A stretch of 64,000 nt of DNA, from positions 55,428,001-55,492,000 of the forward strand of contig NC_045705.1 of the NCBI RefSeq assembly GCF_009834535.1, in the 5' to 3' direction. The stretch's first letter is position 1, and the number at the start of each line of letters is the position of its first letter. The DNA comes from Camelus ferus. Lineage: Eukaryota. A program made the translations under genes and the position numbers. The notes beneath the pieces are model-generated. The model was not told where the DNA came from and made no database searches. It saw only the letters and a program-made list of their open reading frames with translations. Shown in pieces: positions 51,021-63,155 of the stretch.

Positions 51021-51819
51021 GCAAAGTCCCCTTTCCTGACCTCTAAATCTCGTTCTTCCTGTTTTAAAGTAAATTCCCCACTGCCAGTCGTACAGATGGA
51101 CTTTTCTTGAGGGCTCTTTTCCAGACATTTTCCCCAGCCCAAACTCACATAACTCCAGGACAGTAGGAAAGAGAAGGCACGGCACTGCAGAAATACCCTT
51201 GGAAGATCGAAAGAGCATCGCTAGCCTCCCACCTCGACTATCTGAATACTGGGCCAGGAGGTTGTTTTACCGATGAAACCCACCTCACCATCCCACTGCG
51301 GAGTTAGGTGGTTTGCGCTGGGTTTATGGCTAGAGCCATCCAGGTAGTTTCTGTGTTCCCCAGGAAACTGAACATCCAAGTGTTTCTTCTGTAGTTTATC
51401 AGATTGGAATATAGAGGTGAAGGCACAGGGTTCTGTTAAAGAGTCAGGGAAGGAGTATTTGTAGTCTACTCCCTTGGAACTCTATTTTTGTTTTGGTTTT
51501 AATCTTCCACCTCTCAGCACTGGGGCTGTTTATCTAAGGGCATCTAACAGTTTACAGCCCCTGAGGCCACAGGTGCTACCGCTATCTGCTCTGGAGCCCT
51601 CTCCATTTCTAACGCGGCTCCATTTCCCAAGGCCCCCAGGATGGCTATGCTTTCACTCCCAGTTCTTTCTAGATTGTCCAAGGCCTGTTCTGCTATGTTT
51701 ACTCCTTCCTGGGACTCCACTGTTATAGAGAGTTTACTGCTCATGTCCTCAGACTGGCCACTGTTACATAGCTGCAGAGTGGCTTTGTGAGATGCTTTGT
51801 CTTTTTTATTTTATTTTTT

Positions 51820-52258
51820 TAAGGGTGAGGGTTACAGGATACATGATCAGCTCAAGGACATTCTTCTGATTGGTTGGTATTTAGGAAATCTCAATTACCA
51901 ATTTTCTGGTTCCAACCAGTTTTGGGTCTACATGCTAGTGGTCAGCATGCAGTTAACTTCCTCCACCTAGTGGGGGCTTTAGCATCTGCAAAACAACTCA
52001 AAACTATGGCTCACGGTATTATCTCTAGTCCTTGAGGAGGAACCAAGGGTCCTTGATTTTGTTTTTGCTTTATGGTCCATTATTTTGTCTTGCTTGACTG
52101 CTTTTCTTAGTTTCTGCATTTTCTCACTTCTTTGATTAAATTTGCTCTTTAGAACTCAGGGAAGGCCTAGGAGGCTAAAGATTTTCTACAAACAAGAGAC
52201 AGGAGGACAGAGGGAGTCTGTCTCTGGCAAGGCCCTACAGGGTCCTGCTCAGTTTCAA
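51820..52258. mobile_element. LTR fragment related to 41481-41973
   Basis: Shares ctgattggttg, tctacatgct, gcatctg.aaacaactca and the terminal gggtcctgct.agtt.ca with the 41.5-kb LTR. Confidence 0.65.
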
Positions 52259-53143
52259 TATATTTTACCCTTCTTTCTTAGCAACAATGAAGGATCAGGC
52301 AATTATTTTTCAAGAACTGAAGATCTTTATGTTTATTGTCTCTGTGACAAGTGAGAAAAAATTGTAGGCTGGGAACATGGATAAATTAAATATGTGATGC
52401 TAGCTATTGACATTTTGGAAGGTAATGATTTTTGAAATAAATGGTACACATATAATAATTATTGACATTTGAAAGTTCAATTGAGACAACTATACATTGA
52501 CAGTAGGCTATTAATATAATTGTGTAATATTTTCTGTAGATGTTACAATTATCAGTACTGACTTAGAGGTAAGAGTTGTGGTTGAAGAACAAGAGGTCAG
52601 AGGTCTTGACATTGGAGAGAAACAGACAGGTTTAGTTGGTGGAAGAGAAGAATCAGAGGTTAAGAGAGTGCGCAGGTACGAAATGGTCCTTGGAATGGAA
52701 AAATTCAACAAACTGTGAAATCAGCTCATCTTCATGAATATTTAATTTACCCAAAAGGGTGACAGGAGTGAGTATAGAGCAGAAAATAATCTATAGTTCT
52801 TCTGTATCTTTAATGGTAACTCATTTCTCTATTCATATTTACATTCCCATTCTGCCTTTAGTCTTGTTAGTTCCAGAATAAATAGAGACTGGTTAGTACC
52901 CTATTAATTATTTTCTTCTTTATGTACTTATCTTAAATCTAGTCCAGTTTTAAAGATATGGAAGAATCCAACTTAAATTCTATGTAATCTTTTGTAGCAA
53001 CTTAAGTGAATTGATTTTATGAGTGTCACATTTTAAGTGATTTAAGTATGGCTAAGAGAGTGATCTGTAAGTGATGCTTCTCTCTAAGTTTTAGATCTCA
53101 GATTATAAGAATTTTAGTTGTAATAGTCAGTTAGGGTCAGATA

Positions 53144-53716
53144 TGTACGGGAGCAAAATTTGCCACAGTAAAATGTATCTCTTTGGCATGAGGATTAACT
53201 TAGGCTGATTATTTTAAAGAAACAGAAGACTCAGAAGTTTTCTTGCTACCTCTCCTTTAACTACCTAAAATAATTTAGATAACAGGTTTATTCCCGAAAT
53301 AGAGCTATCACCAGAGATATCTGCAAAGAATATGGGCTCGGTGTGGTGGTGGGGGAACTCAGCAGAGCCTGAAAATCAGAGTCCACTCTGTGTCCTATTG
53401 TCTCTGCATGACTGTCTCTGTTTCCTGAACACTTGTTTACCAACCATTTGCTTTTTCATCTCTATGCAGATTTCCTTCCTCCCCTTTGAAGTTCCAAACA
53501 GTCATCCCCAATACCGTTTTTTGTCTTTAGCTGAAGATGACATTTAAGGTAAGGATTTTGGCCATTGTGGTGAGTCATTTGGTTTTCTGGGTCTCTCCCA
53601 TGTATGCATGTTACTAAACTTTTATTTTCTCTTGTTAATCTGTCTCATGTCAGTTTAATTCTTAGACCAGCCAGAATAACTTCGAAAGAGTAGAGGAACA
53701 TTTCTTCCTCCCCAGC
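53144..53716 (+). mobile_element. Solo LTR (ERV1-like)
   Basis: tgtacgggagcaaaatttgccacagtaaaatgtatctctttggcatgaggatt...ttaatctgtctcatgtcagtttaattcttagaccagcc...ttcctcccca, typical ERV1 LTR start and end. Confidence 0.75.
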
Positions 53717-55066
53717 TGATACTATATGAGAAGCAAAACAGATCTTTAACTAAGGGATGTATAAAAACAACAAGATTAACAGCTAATAATCATTCATCTC
53801 AAATTTTAGAATAAGAACTGGAATGAGGCATGCATATGTTTTTTTTTTAAAACACAAGGAACGTGCAGAAAATACTTAGACTAAGAACATTTAATATTTA
53901 TATTCATATACTATGCAGCCGACCCTGAGGACCCTGGTTTGTGGTGCTCAGTTTAAGTGCAGACTTTATTTTAATAGCACTACAGGTGACCTGAAGCAAA
54001 TATTTCAGGAATCGTTATATTCTAACAGAGTATCATAAACATTTAGGAGTTTTCCTTAAATCATATGATGGAAATAATATTCTGTGATAGTATTAATGAA
54101 TTTAGTGACACAGTTCTCAGGGTGTTTTCTACAGTGGGTTTCTAATGTAACTAAGAAACTCCTAGCCATATGAGTAAAAAGAAATTCTGTTACCGTCTTA
54201 AACTCTTCTCCTTGTTTGTGCAGGATCTACAGATCCTCTTCAGCAAACCCATGTAGGATGCTGCTAGCTTGTATCAGAACTGTCCAGTGTCCTCAGTGTC
54301 TGTACAGGCATAAGTGCAAAGTTCCATCTAAGTGCACTCTGTATCATTGTTTCCAAAGGAGAATTGTTCCCTCTAGTATGTAGTACAAAATGCTAGTGAC
54401 AGTGTTAATTTTATTTATTCAGGTAAATATTCTTCTCTTTTGTGTTGGTTCCCATTGTCCACCCTGCACCCCCATACACATACACACTCTATTATAAAGA
54501 TTAGCTTCCTTTTAGTAGTCTAAGTTTAATGCAGATTTCTATCATTTTGCAGACATATGTATTTCAACTTCCTATAGGAATTATTAATTATCCCTATGAC
54601 TACAATAGCTCCGAGGGCTTTCTGAATATCCTTTTACATCATAACATTAATTTCTCTAACATACGGGACCATAAGTAGAGGCTATAGGCATAAATTGAAT
54701 GTACGTGACTTTTAAAAAGAAACAGATGAAATGGACAACATGTGGTGGAGGGAAGAATAGGTAAAGATTAGTGGGAGGATTTCTTGATTTAACTACTGCT
54801 TGGAATGTCTATAGATCTTTGGAAGGAAAGAAATTCTGCTTAATATATGATAGAGATGAAGAACGAATTAGTAACCCAGTGGACTAATTTGAAGTAAATG
54901 CTTTGTGACTAAAAGCAATTCCATCTACACACGAGGGCTGGTTGTAATGAAAGATGCACAAATCATGTAAAAACCTCAGAAGACTGTCCATCAAGCACAC
55001 AAATACCTAACTTGATAGAGAGTGGGAGTCTGTTTTGTGTGTCAGTCTCAACCTCTGGATAACCAA

Positions 55067-55571
55067 TGTTGTGGCTGGACCCACCTTTGTGGTTCCTAGT
55101 AGGATTGCAAGATATCCTCAGCAATAACCATCAGGAAACTTTGTGGGGAAAACAGTTGATTACTTACGAGTCCTAGAAGTTACACGGCACACCTGGGGCC
55201 TCACAGTGAGGTAGAGAGAGAGGATGTGGGACTCAGGTTCTGCTTTTATGGGGATCAAAGGTGAGGGCTTAGGATTTTGGAGGCTCACTCTTTATTGGTG
55301 AATTTAAAACATAGGAGCAGAAATTTAAAGCATGAGAAGAGGAAAAACAAGGGGCCAGGATGCCCATTTATCAAAAACAACCAAGATCTCTAAAACAAAG
55401 GAGTCTGGAGTGGGCTGGATGTGGCCTCCCTCTTCATCTAGTCCTCTGGGTGGCAATGTGTTTATTTGAGATAGCAATCTTTGAAGTGGATGTCGAGGCC
55501 ATCAAAGCTCAGGGCAGACACATGCATTACCAAAAAAAGGAGAATAGCCAACTGCCAGAGCTTATCCTACA
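55067..55571. mobile_element. Solo LTR (MER21-like, uncertain)
   Basis: TGT...ACA-bounded ~500-bp GC-richer block with tgattacttacgagtcctagaag...ctgcttttatggggatcaaagg. Confidence 0.5.
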
Positions 55572-56194
55572 GAGTGCCCTTATTTGGAAGCTATATCTTT
55601 CATATTTTGTCCAAAAAACAGAGGGCTCCAGTGGTGAGAAACAGGATCAAAACCAGAGAGTGGATCTCTGAAAGAGAGAAAAGTGAAGAAACTCAAAGGA
55701 GATTCCCACCAGCCCCCTCCTCCCCCATAGCTCAGCACTTCTGCGGTGAGGGGTGTGTAAGCATATTTCCTCTCTCTGTATATAGGAAGCTTCCCAATGA
55801 GAAGATTATGGTTCTTCTATCAGGTTCTTCCATCTTTAGTCAAGGATGAAAATATTTTCTCCTATTCTTACTCAGAACTGCAAACAATATTTTTGAAGTA
55901 TAGAATTGCTGGACTGGGAGGGCTGAAAGTCAAAGTCCACTAGAGATTGTCTTATACAGAAGAGAAGCCTGAGGCTCATAAAGAACTGAATGTGAAAATA
56001 ATACAGGTGCTTAGAGATAGAACTAAAGCCATACTGAAGATTCCATGATTCCACAGAAGTAGTCTTCCATCTTTTTCTGAGCCCCATCTCAAGTGAGTCA
56101 AAAAAAGCAAAACTGGTATTAAAAAACAAAAAACAAAAAACCCACCTGAGTCTCATTGTTAAACTTTCTTGAACAACCACCAACAGTTTCTGCT

Positions 56195-56840
56195 ATGCGA
56201 ATCTTCAGCCATTCCAGCTTTATGAACTTCACTTGGATGGGCACACCTGGCTTACAGTCATAGCACTTACGGCTGTCTCTTTCTTTCTCCTCCATGTTTT
56301 TGGCTATCTTCAATGGCAATGGTGTTATCCTCTTTCTGGTGGCCACAGAGCCCACATTTCACACACCAATGTACCTGCTCCTGGCTCTGCTGATGGTGGC
56401 TGGCTGATGTCACATCCACTGACTCTATTGCCTAAGCTCCTCTGCCTCTTCTGGTTCAGTGATCAGGGTATGGCTGCCAATGCCTGCTTCACCCAGATGT
56501 TTTTCATCCATGGAGCATCTGTGGTACGATCAGCCCTACTTGTTGCAGTGGGCCTTGACCACTATGTGGCTGTGTATGAGCCATTATGCTACATCACGAT
56601 TCTAAGCCATTCCTTGTTGGACATGTGGGACTGGTGGCTCTAGCCAAGGGTGTGATTCTTATCCTGCCAATGCCTCTCCTACTTCAAAGGTTGACCTTGT
56701 GCCACCTGGTCATTCCTCATACCTACTGTGACCACATGGCTATGGTGAAACTGGCCTATGATGATGCCAGACCTAACCATATCTATGGGCTCTTTGTGAT
56801 TCTTCTTGTGGTTGGACTGGATTTACTGCTCATTAGCCTG
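56195..56840 (+). pseudogene. OR52-family pseudogene, 3'-truncated by L1
   Basis: MRIFSHSSFMNFTWMGTPGLQS* (TAG 56261-56263) ...GNGVILFLVATEPTFHTPMYLLL; frameshift ~56403; PKLLCLFWF...CFTQMFFIH...LDHYVAVYEPLCY; frameshift ~56612; HTYCDHMAMVKLAYDDARPNHIYGL...GLDLLLISL, then L1 sequence. TM6-TM7 were not found in the window. Confidence 0.9.
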
Positions 56841-57320
56841 CAAATGATAAATGCTGGTGACAGTGAGAAGAAAAGGGAACCCTTCTACACTGTTGGTGGG
56901 AATGTAGTTTGGTGCAACCATTGTGGAAAATAGTATGGAGATTCCTTAGAAAACTGAAAATAGACTTACCCTAAGCTCCATCAATCCCACACCTGGGCAT
57001 ATGTCCAGAGGAAACTCTAATTCAAANNNNNNNNNNNNNNNNNNNNNNNNNNNNNNNNNNNNNNNNNNNNNNNNNNNNNNNNNNNNNNNNNNNNNNNNNN
57101 NNNNNNNNNNNNNNNNNNNNNNNNNNNNNNNNNNNNNNNNNNNNNNNNNNNNNNNNNNNNNNNNNNNNNNNNNNNNNNNNNNNNNNNNNGCAACATGAAG
57201 GGGTTGGAGATTATCATACCAAATGAAGTAAGCCAGAAAGAGAAAGAAAAATGTCATATAGTATCACTTATATGTGGAATCTAAAAAAGGGACACAAATG
57301 AATTTACTTACAAAACAGAT
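56841..57320 (+). mobile_element. L1 3' fragment (ORF2 end/3'UTR), sense, with N gap
   Basis: caaatgataaatgctggtgacagtgagaagaaaagggaacccttctacactgttggtgggaatgta...agccagaaagagaaagaaaaatgtcatatagtatcacttatatgtggaatctaaaaaagggacacaaatgaatttacttacaaaacaga. Confidence 0.92.
57027..57189. other. Assembly gap (N run)
   Basis: 163 N. Confidence 1.
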
Positions 57321-60036
57321 CTGGAGGGTAGGACAAGAATGGACACTAGGAAGATCCTGGGCTGGCCTCTTCTGATAGAAAAATTTACAACTACAAATAG
57401 ACAAACTATCTCTGAGAACCACCTGAAGACCAGCAGAAAGTATTTTCCACAACTAAACATAAAAATAAAAAGCTTCATATGGATGGGCAAGAGGAACAGT
57501 AATAGGATCTGAGTGAGACTCACACACAGTAGAGGGGGGATTTTATAGCCTCAGAGGTCCTCCCTAAGGTTTGAGGGCTTTTAACCTCACATTGGGCTCC
57601 CCAGCCTGGGGAACCTACACCAGGAAGATGATCCCCCCATAATGTCTGGCTTTGATAACCAGCAAAAGCCATAGGGCTGTGGAAAACTAAGAATCCACTC
57701 CTAAAAGGTACACACAAAAATTTACTCACCCTTAATTCCAGCACATAGGCAGCTATTTGAAAGTGCCTGGGTAATATATGATTCATTAACTAATTTTAGG
57801 ATGTTTCCCAGAAGGGCAGGAATCTATTGGAACTTTCTCTGGGTACAAAGGAGCCAACAGGCACTTTTCTGTTTTTCTTTTCTTTTCTTTTCTTTTCCTT
57901 TTTTTTTTTTTTTTTTTTTGTATGTAAGGGGGCTTGCTCTCTACCTAACTGGCCTGGCACTGGCAGTGCCATTTCAGACACTCTCCATCTAACTCAATAG
58001 TACTTACCCAACTCTGGGTTCACCAGTGGACCTGACACAGCTGGCAATCCTCCAAAGTGGCCTCCACCCTACCTGACCTCGTAGCTGCCCTTGGCCAGCA
58101 CCAGAGCCTCTTCAAGGTGGCCACCTACCCCAAAAGACTTAGCAGGTGCCCTCAGCTGGCACTGGAGCCCCTCTAAACTGTCCCCTTACTCTGCCAGTCC
58201 CAGTAGGCACCATTGGCCAGTACTAGCATCCCCAAAGTGGCTTCTGCCCTGGGGGCTGTCCCCACACACCAGAGTGCCCACAACACTTTCAGCCAGGGCT
58301 TACAGCCAACCACACCAGGGACCAGCCCTGCCCACTAGCATGCCCACAGCAATCATGGCCCAGCCACAGCAGGAGGACACATACAGCCCACAACAGGGAC
58401 ATTCCTTGAGCACCTGGCTGTAGTATCCAGGGGAAATCATGTTATTGGACCCCACAAGACACCAAAGCTACTCTTTCAAGACTGAGAGATGTAGCTGATC
58501 TACCTAATACAGAGAACCAAACACAGAGAGTTAGAGAAAATAAGATGACAAAGAGTACCTTCCAAACAAAAGAATAAAATAAAACCTCAAAAAAGAACTA
58601 AATAAAATGAAGATAAACAATCTTCCAGATAAAGAGTTAACAGTAATAGTCATTAAGATGCTCACCAAAATCAGGAGAATAAAGGAACACAGTGAGAAGA
58701 ACTTTAACAAAGAAATAGACAATATTAAAAAAGAAACAATCAGAGCTAAAGAAAACAATAAATTATAAATATACTAGAGGGAATCAACAGCAGATAAAAT
58801 GATGCAGAAGGATGGATCAGCAATCTGTAAGACGGATTAGTGGAAATTACCCAACTGGAATAGCAGAAAGAAAAAAGAAACAAATAAAATAAAGTGGATA
58901 ACTTAAGGGACTTCTAGGACAACATCAAGCATACTAACATTCACACTATAGGGAGCCCAGAGAAGAAGGAAGAGAGACAGAAAATCTATCTGAAAAAAAT
59001 AACAGCTAAAACTTCCTTAACCTGATAAAACAAACATATTTAAGTCTAGGAAGTCCCAAACAAGATAAACCCAAACAGACTCACACCAAGACACATTATA
59101 ATTAAAATGTCAAAAGTTAAAGAGGAAATCTTAAAATTAACAAGGGAAAAACAACTAGTTACATATAGGAGAGCCCATAGAATATCAGCTAACTTTTCAG
59201 CAGAAACTTTGCAGGCCAGAAGAGAGTGGCAGAACATATTCAAAGTATTGAAAGAAATAAAAAAACACCCTTACAATCAAGACTACTCTGTCTAGCAAGT
59301 TATCATTCAGAATTGAAGCAGAGATAAACAGTTAACAAGACAGGCAAAAGCTAAAGTTTATTACCAATAAATCAACCTTACAAGAAATGTTAAAGGAACT
59401 TCTTTAATGGAAAAAAGATCATAACTAGAAATATAAAAATTACAAAAGAAAAAAAATCTCACCAGTAAAAGCAAATATAGAGCAAAGGCAGTGGCTCAAC
59501 CCCCTATATAGCTAGTATGAAGGTTAAAAGACAAAAAAAGTAAAATCACATGTATCTATAATAATTAGTTAAGGGATATACAAAATAAAAAATGTAAACT
59601 ATAATGTCAAAACCATAAAATGTGGGGGGAGGGTAAAAATGTAGCATTTTTAGAATGCACTTCAACTTAAGTGACTATCAGTTTAGACTGTTATATGCAT
59701 AGATGGTTATATAAAAACCTCATAGTAACTGCAAACCAAAAACTGATAATAGATACATAAAAAATAAAAAGAAAGAAATGCAAACAAAACACTAAAGAAA
59801 GTTATCAAATCACAAGGAAAGAGAACAAAAGAAGAAAAAAAAACAGAAAAGAACAAAAATTACCAGAAAGCAATTAACAAAATGACAGTAAGTATATACC
59901 TATCAATAGTTACTTTAAATGTAAATGGACTAAATGCTTCAATTAAAAAACACAAGATGCCTTAAATGCACAAAAAAAACAAGACCTATCTATATGCTGC
60001 CAACAAGAGACTCATTTCAGATTTAAAGACACAGAC

Positions 60037-60127
60037 TTCATGTGTAACTGAAAAGTTGTGCTCTACACTGGAATTTGACACAGCATTGTAAAGTGACTGT
60101 AACTCAATAAAAAAATGTTAAAAAATA
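60037..60127 (+). mobile_element. 91-bp severely 5'-truncated L1 tail nested in the older L1
   Basis: ttcatgtgtaactgaaaagttgtgctctacactggaatttgacacagcattgtaaagtgactgtaactcaataaaaaaatgttaaaaaata, flanked by TSD aaagacacagac (60025-60036) / aaagacatagac (60128-60139). Confidence 0.85.
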
Positions 60128-60519
60128 AAAGACATAGACTGAGAGTAGGGATGAAAAAAATATTTCATACAAATGGAAACAAAAAGAAAGCTGGGGTAAC
60201 AATGCTTATATCAGACAAAATAGACTTTAAAACAAAGACTATAACAAGTGACAAAGAAGGGCATTCCATAATGATAAAAGGATCAATCCAAAAAGAGAAT
60301 ATAAAACTTGTAAATATATGTGAATCCAACACAGGAGCAGCTAATACATAAATCAAATATTAACATGCATAAAGGGAGAAATTGATAGTAATACAATAAT
60401 AGTAGGGGACTTTAATACTCCACTTACATTAATGGACAGATCATCCAGACAGAAAATCAAGAAGGAAACACCAGCCTTCAATGACACATTAGATCAATGA
60501 ACTTAATAGATATACAAGA

Positions 60520-60658
60520 NNNNNNNNNNNNNNNNNNNNNNNNNNNNNNNNNNNNNNNNNNNNNNNNNNNNNNNNNNNNNNNNNNNNNNNNNNNNNNNNN
60601 NNNNNNNNNNNNNNNNNNNNNNNNNNNNNNNNNNNNNNNNNNNNNNNNNNNNNNNNNN
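60520..60658. other. Assembly gap (N run)
   Basis: 139 N. Confidence 1.
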
Positions 60659-62011
60659 GAACATAATGATATGAGACTAGATACCAACTCCAAGAAAAAA
60701 ACATGGAAAAAGTGCAAACATAATGAAGGGGAAACAACATGCTACTAAACATCTAATGGGTCACTGAATAAATCAAAGAGGAAATAAGAAATACCTTGAG
60801 ACAAATGAAAATGGAAAAACAATGTTCCAAAGTCTAGAGGATGCAATACAAGCATTTTTAAGAGATCGATACAGGCCTACATCAAAAATCTCAAATAAGC
60901 CAAACTTATACCTGAAGGAACTAGAAAGAGAAGAGCAAACAAAACTCAAAGTTAATAGAAGGAAGGAAACAATCAGATCAGAGCAAAAATAAATGAAATA
61001 GAGACTAAAAATAAGAAAAGAAAAGAAAAGAAAAAAGATCAGTGGTAGGTCAGGCCTCGGCAAGCAGCTTGGCCCCTCAGTCAGCTAGACTCGCTGCAGC
61101 ACAACGTCTGTGAGCCACCGTCTCCTGGCTGACACGATCCATCCTTTGCACAACACAGGTCTGCTTCTCTACGTGGGTTCAGGAAGCTGCTTCCACACGG
61201 TTCCCAAAGGCCTTTTGCCTGAGGGAAATCTCAGAAGAAAGGGCTAAGTAGAATGAACTCTAGCCACTGCCTCTACAGTAGCTCTCAGGGAAGCAGCTAA
61301 TATTCATCTTTGCCCACCTCCATTCTACATTTAAAATTTCCTCACCATTAGCAATCACCGAAGCAAGTATTGTGGCTTACACAGTTGTGTGACCCAAAAG
61401 TTTATTCCTGAAGTGTCTGAACATTTGATAATCATAACCTTCTCATTTCAGGATTACTGCACGTTTGTTTATAATGGGGCAAAAGCGTATCCAAGTAACT
61501 CACCTGGTTTCACATGATTTTTTTCTGCTTAGAGTGTGTAAAGCACAAAAGGCAAATAAAATAGATAAGAGAGGGAAATAATATTTTATAGTATGCAGAT
61601 CTCTGCTTCTGTACCTCAGTCCCATTAAAATCAGATTAAAAAAAAGTCACTCTCAGGTTTCTGCAAAATTAACTTTTGTGACCACAGTTCCTCAGGCTAA
61701 TAAGTGCTTCAGGCCCTTTCAAAATCTGCTACTTGTTTGTCAATTAAATGATTAATCATAAAGCATTATTCTGAGTAATTTTTGTGTTTTTTAATCTACA
61801 TGTTTGTAGTGTCAGATAGGAAGTACAATATTCCCTAACTGTTACTACTCCTGCCTGTTCTCCCTAATCCTTCGGACTCCATTTATAGAAGAGGCACTTC
61901 CTAGTTAAACTTCCATTTCTTTTTTTCTCCTGAAGGTTGTGGCCATTATTTCAAGCTTTGAAATTTCTCATCTTTCACAGCTCTTGTTAATGAATTATTC
62001 AATGTATTAGA

Positions 62012-62045
62012 AATTATTATTATTATTATTTATTATTATATTATT
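62012..62045. repeat. (ATT)n microsatellite
   Basis: aattattattattattatttattattatattatt. Confidence 0.8.
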
Positions 62046-63155
62046 CTACACTCTGCAAAAGTATCATTTATTTCTCTCTAAGTATTTTGAGTCTCTTTTA
62101 AATGGTGGCCATGTGGCTTTAAGGGTAAGTATCTTTTTCACTGTGACAACTCTAGGATTTTCAGCCTTCAGTCTTCATGCATCTTGAAATATTTGCACTA
62201 TACCCACCATCATTGTCTAGAAGTGATAGAAAAAATATCTTCTGAATTTAATGAATTCCTGTATTTGGGCACCAGATCTGTGCTCCATAAACTGTCCAAG
62301 TCCTTGTTCATGACTTCCTCCTATGTTCCCAGAGGAACTGCCTTTCAGAGGTAGGCAGTCAAAGATTTCAATATCAAACTGACTTTTATAGCTAGAATCA
62401 TTAACAGAGCATTCTCAAAATTTTCTCTCTAAAAGATGATTGTGAGACACTGGAATTAGCTGAGACAAGCAAGGGAGTTGAGTCTAGAAATTTTTTTAAA
62501 TGTGGAATTAGTTAAAATGCAGATCAAACTTTTAAGCTTAGGAGTTTTCCATTTTTCCCTTTTCGTTGGAATTTCTCTGAGAATTGGAGATTGTGTCTTT
62601 TGTTCATATTCCCCTGGTCCTGTACTCCAAATATAAGGCTTCTGCCGCAGGGATAATAAATGAGTGACTCTAAATATTATTTTGTACTTTCCCTGTCCCT
62701 TCTCACTGCCCCCCAACCCAGTCACTCTTAACCTCTCATTTCCCCTTAAAGACACAAGTACATACACACCCACACCTACACACACCGCGGCCTTGCCTTG
62801 GCAAAGCAGTGGGTAAGTTATTGTTTGTGCTTATGTTCTCGCCGTGTGGAAACGTTCCACCTCATTTTACTTGCATTCAGTGTGTGTTGTGAGAGTTCTT
62901 TTGTATACATATTATCATATACAATTTTCCCAACTACCATGTCAGAAGGGAGGGAGTATGTTATTATTTTCATTTCATTGGGACTAATAGCTTTGCTTTA
63001 GAATTAGCGAGAGCAAGAAGTTCTCCTGTGTCTTAGCCTGTCGAAGAGTTTTGGCAGCTAATTTGTCAATATGACATATTTTTCTCACTAGCCAACTCCC
63101 CCTGGAACAGCATCCACTTAACTTTTTTTTTCTTATACCCACCAGAGTCAGATGA

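Larger units (their letters stand above)
57321..61043 (+). mobile_element. 5'-intact, 3'-truncated L1 (5'UTR, ORF1, ORF2 EN and linker), decayed
   Basis: 5'UTR start (actatctctgagaaccacctgaagaccagcagaaag); ORF1 ~58535-59410 (ORF 59107-59295: EILKLTREKQLVTY...SAETLQARREW); ORF2 ATG ~59882 (ORF 60115-60351: KKIFHTNGNKKKAGVTMLISDKIDFK). Ends abruptly at gaaaaaagatcagtg. Confidence 0.92.

Noticed and set aside
57871-57919. (TTTTC)n/poly-T as a separate antisense insertion
   Set aside because: It lies within the L1 5'UTR, where T-rich tracts are common, and no TSD was found.
59107-60351. ORFs 59107-59295 and 60115-60351 as host genes
   Set aside because: Fragments of L1 ORF1 and ORF2 endonuclease in a decayed element.
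13656-60752. ORFs containing X runs (13656-13968, 56946-57257, 60478-60752)
   Set aside because: Artefacts of translating through N gaps.
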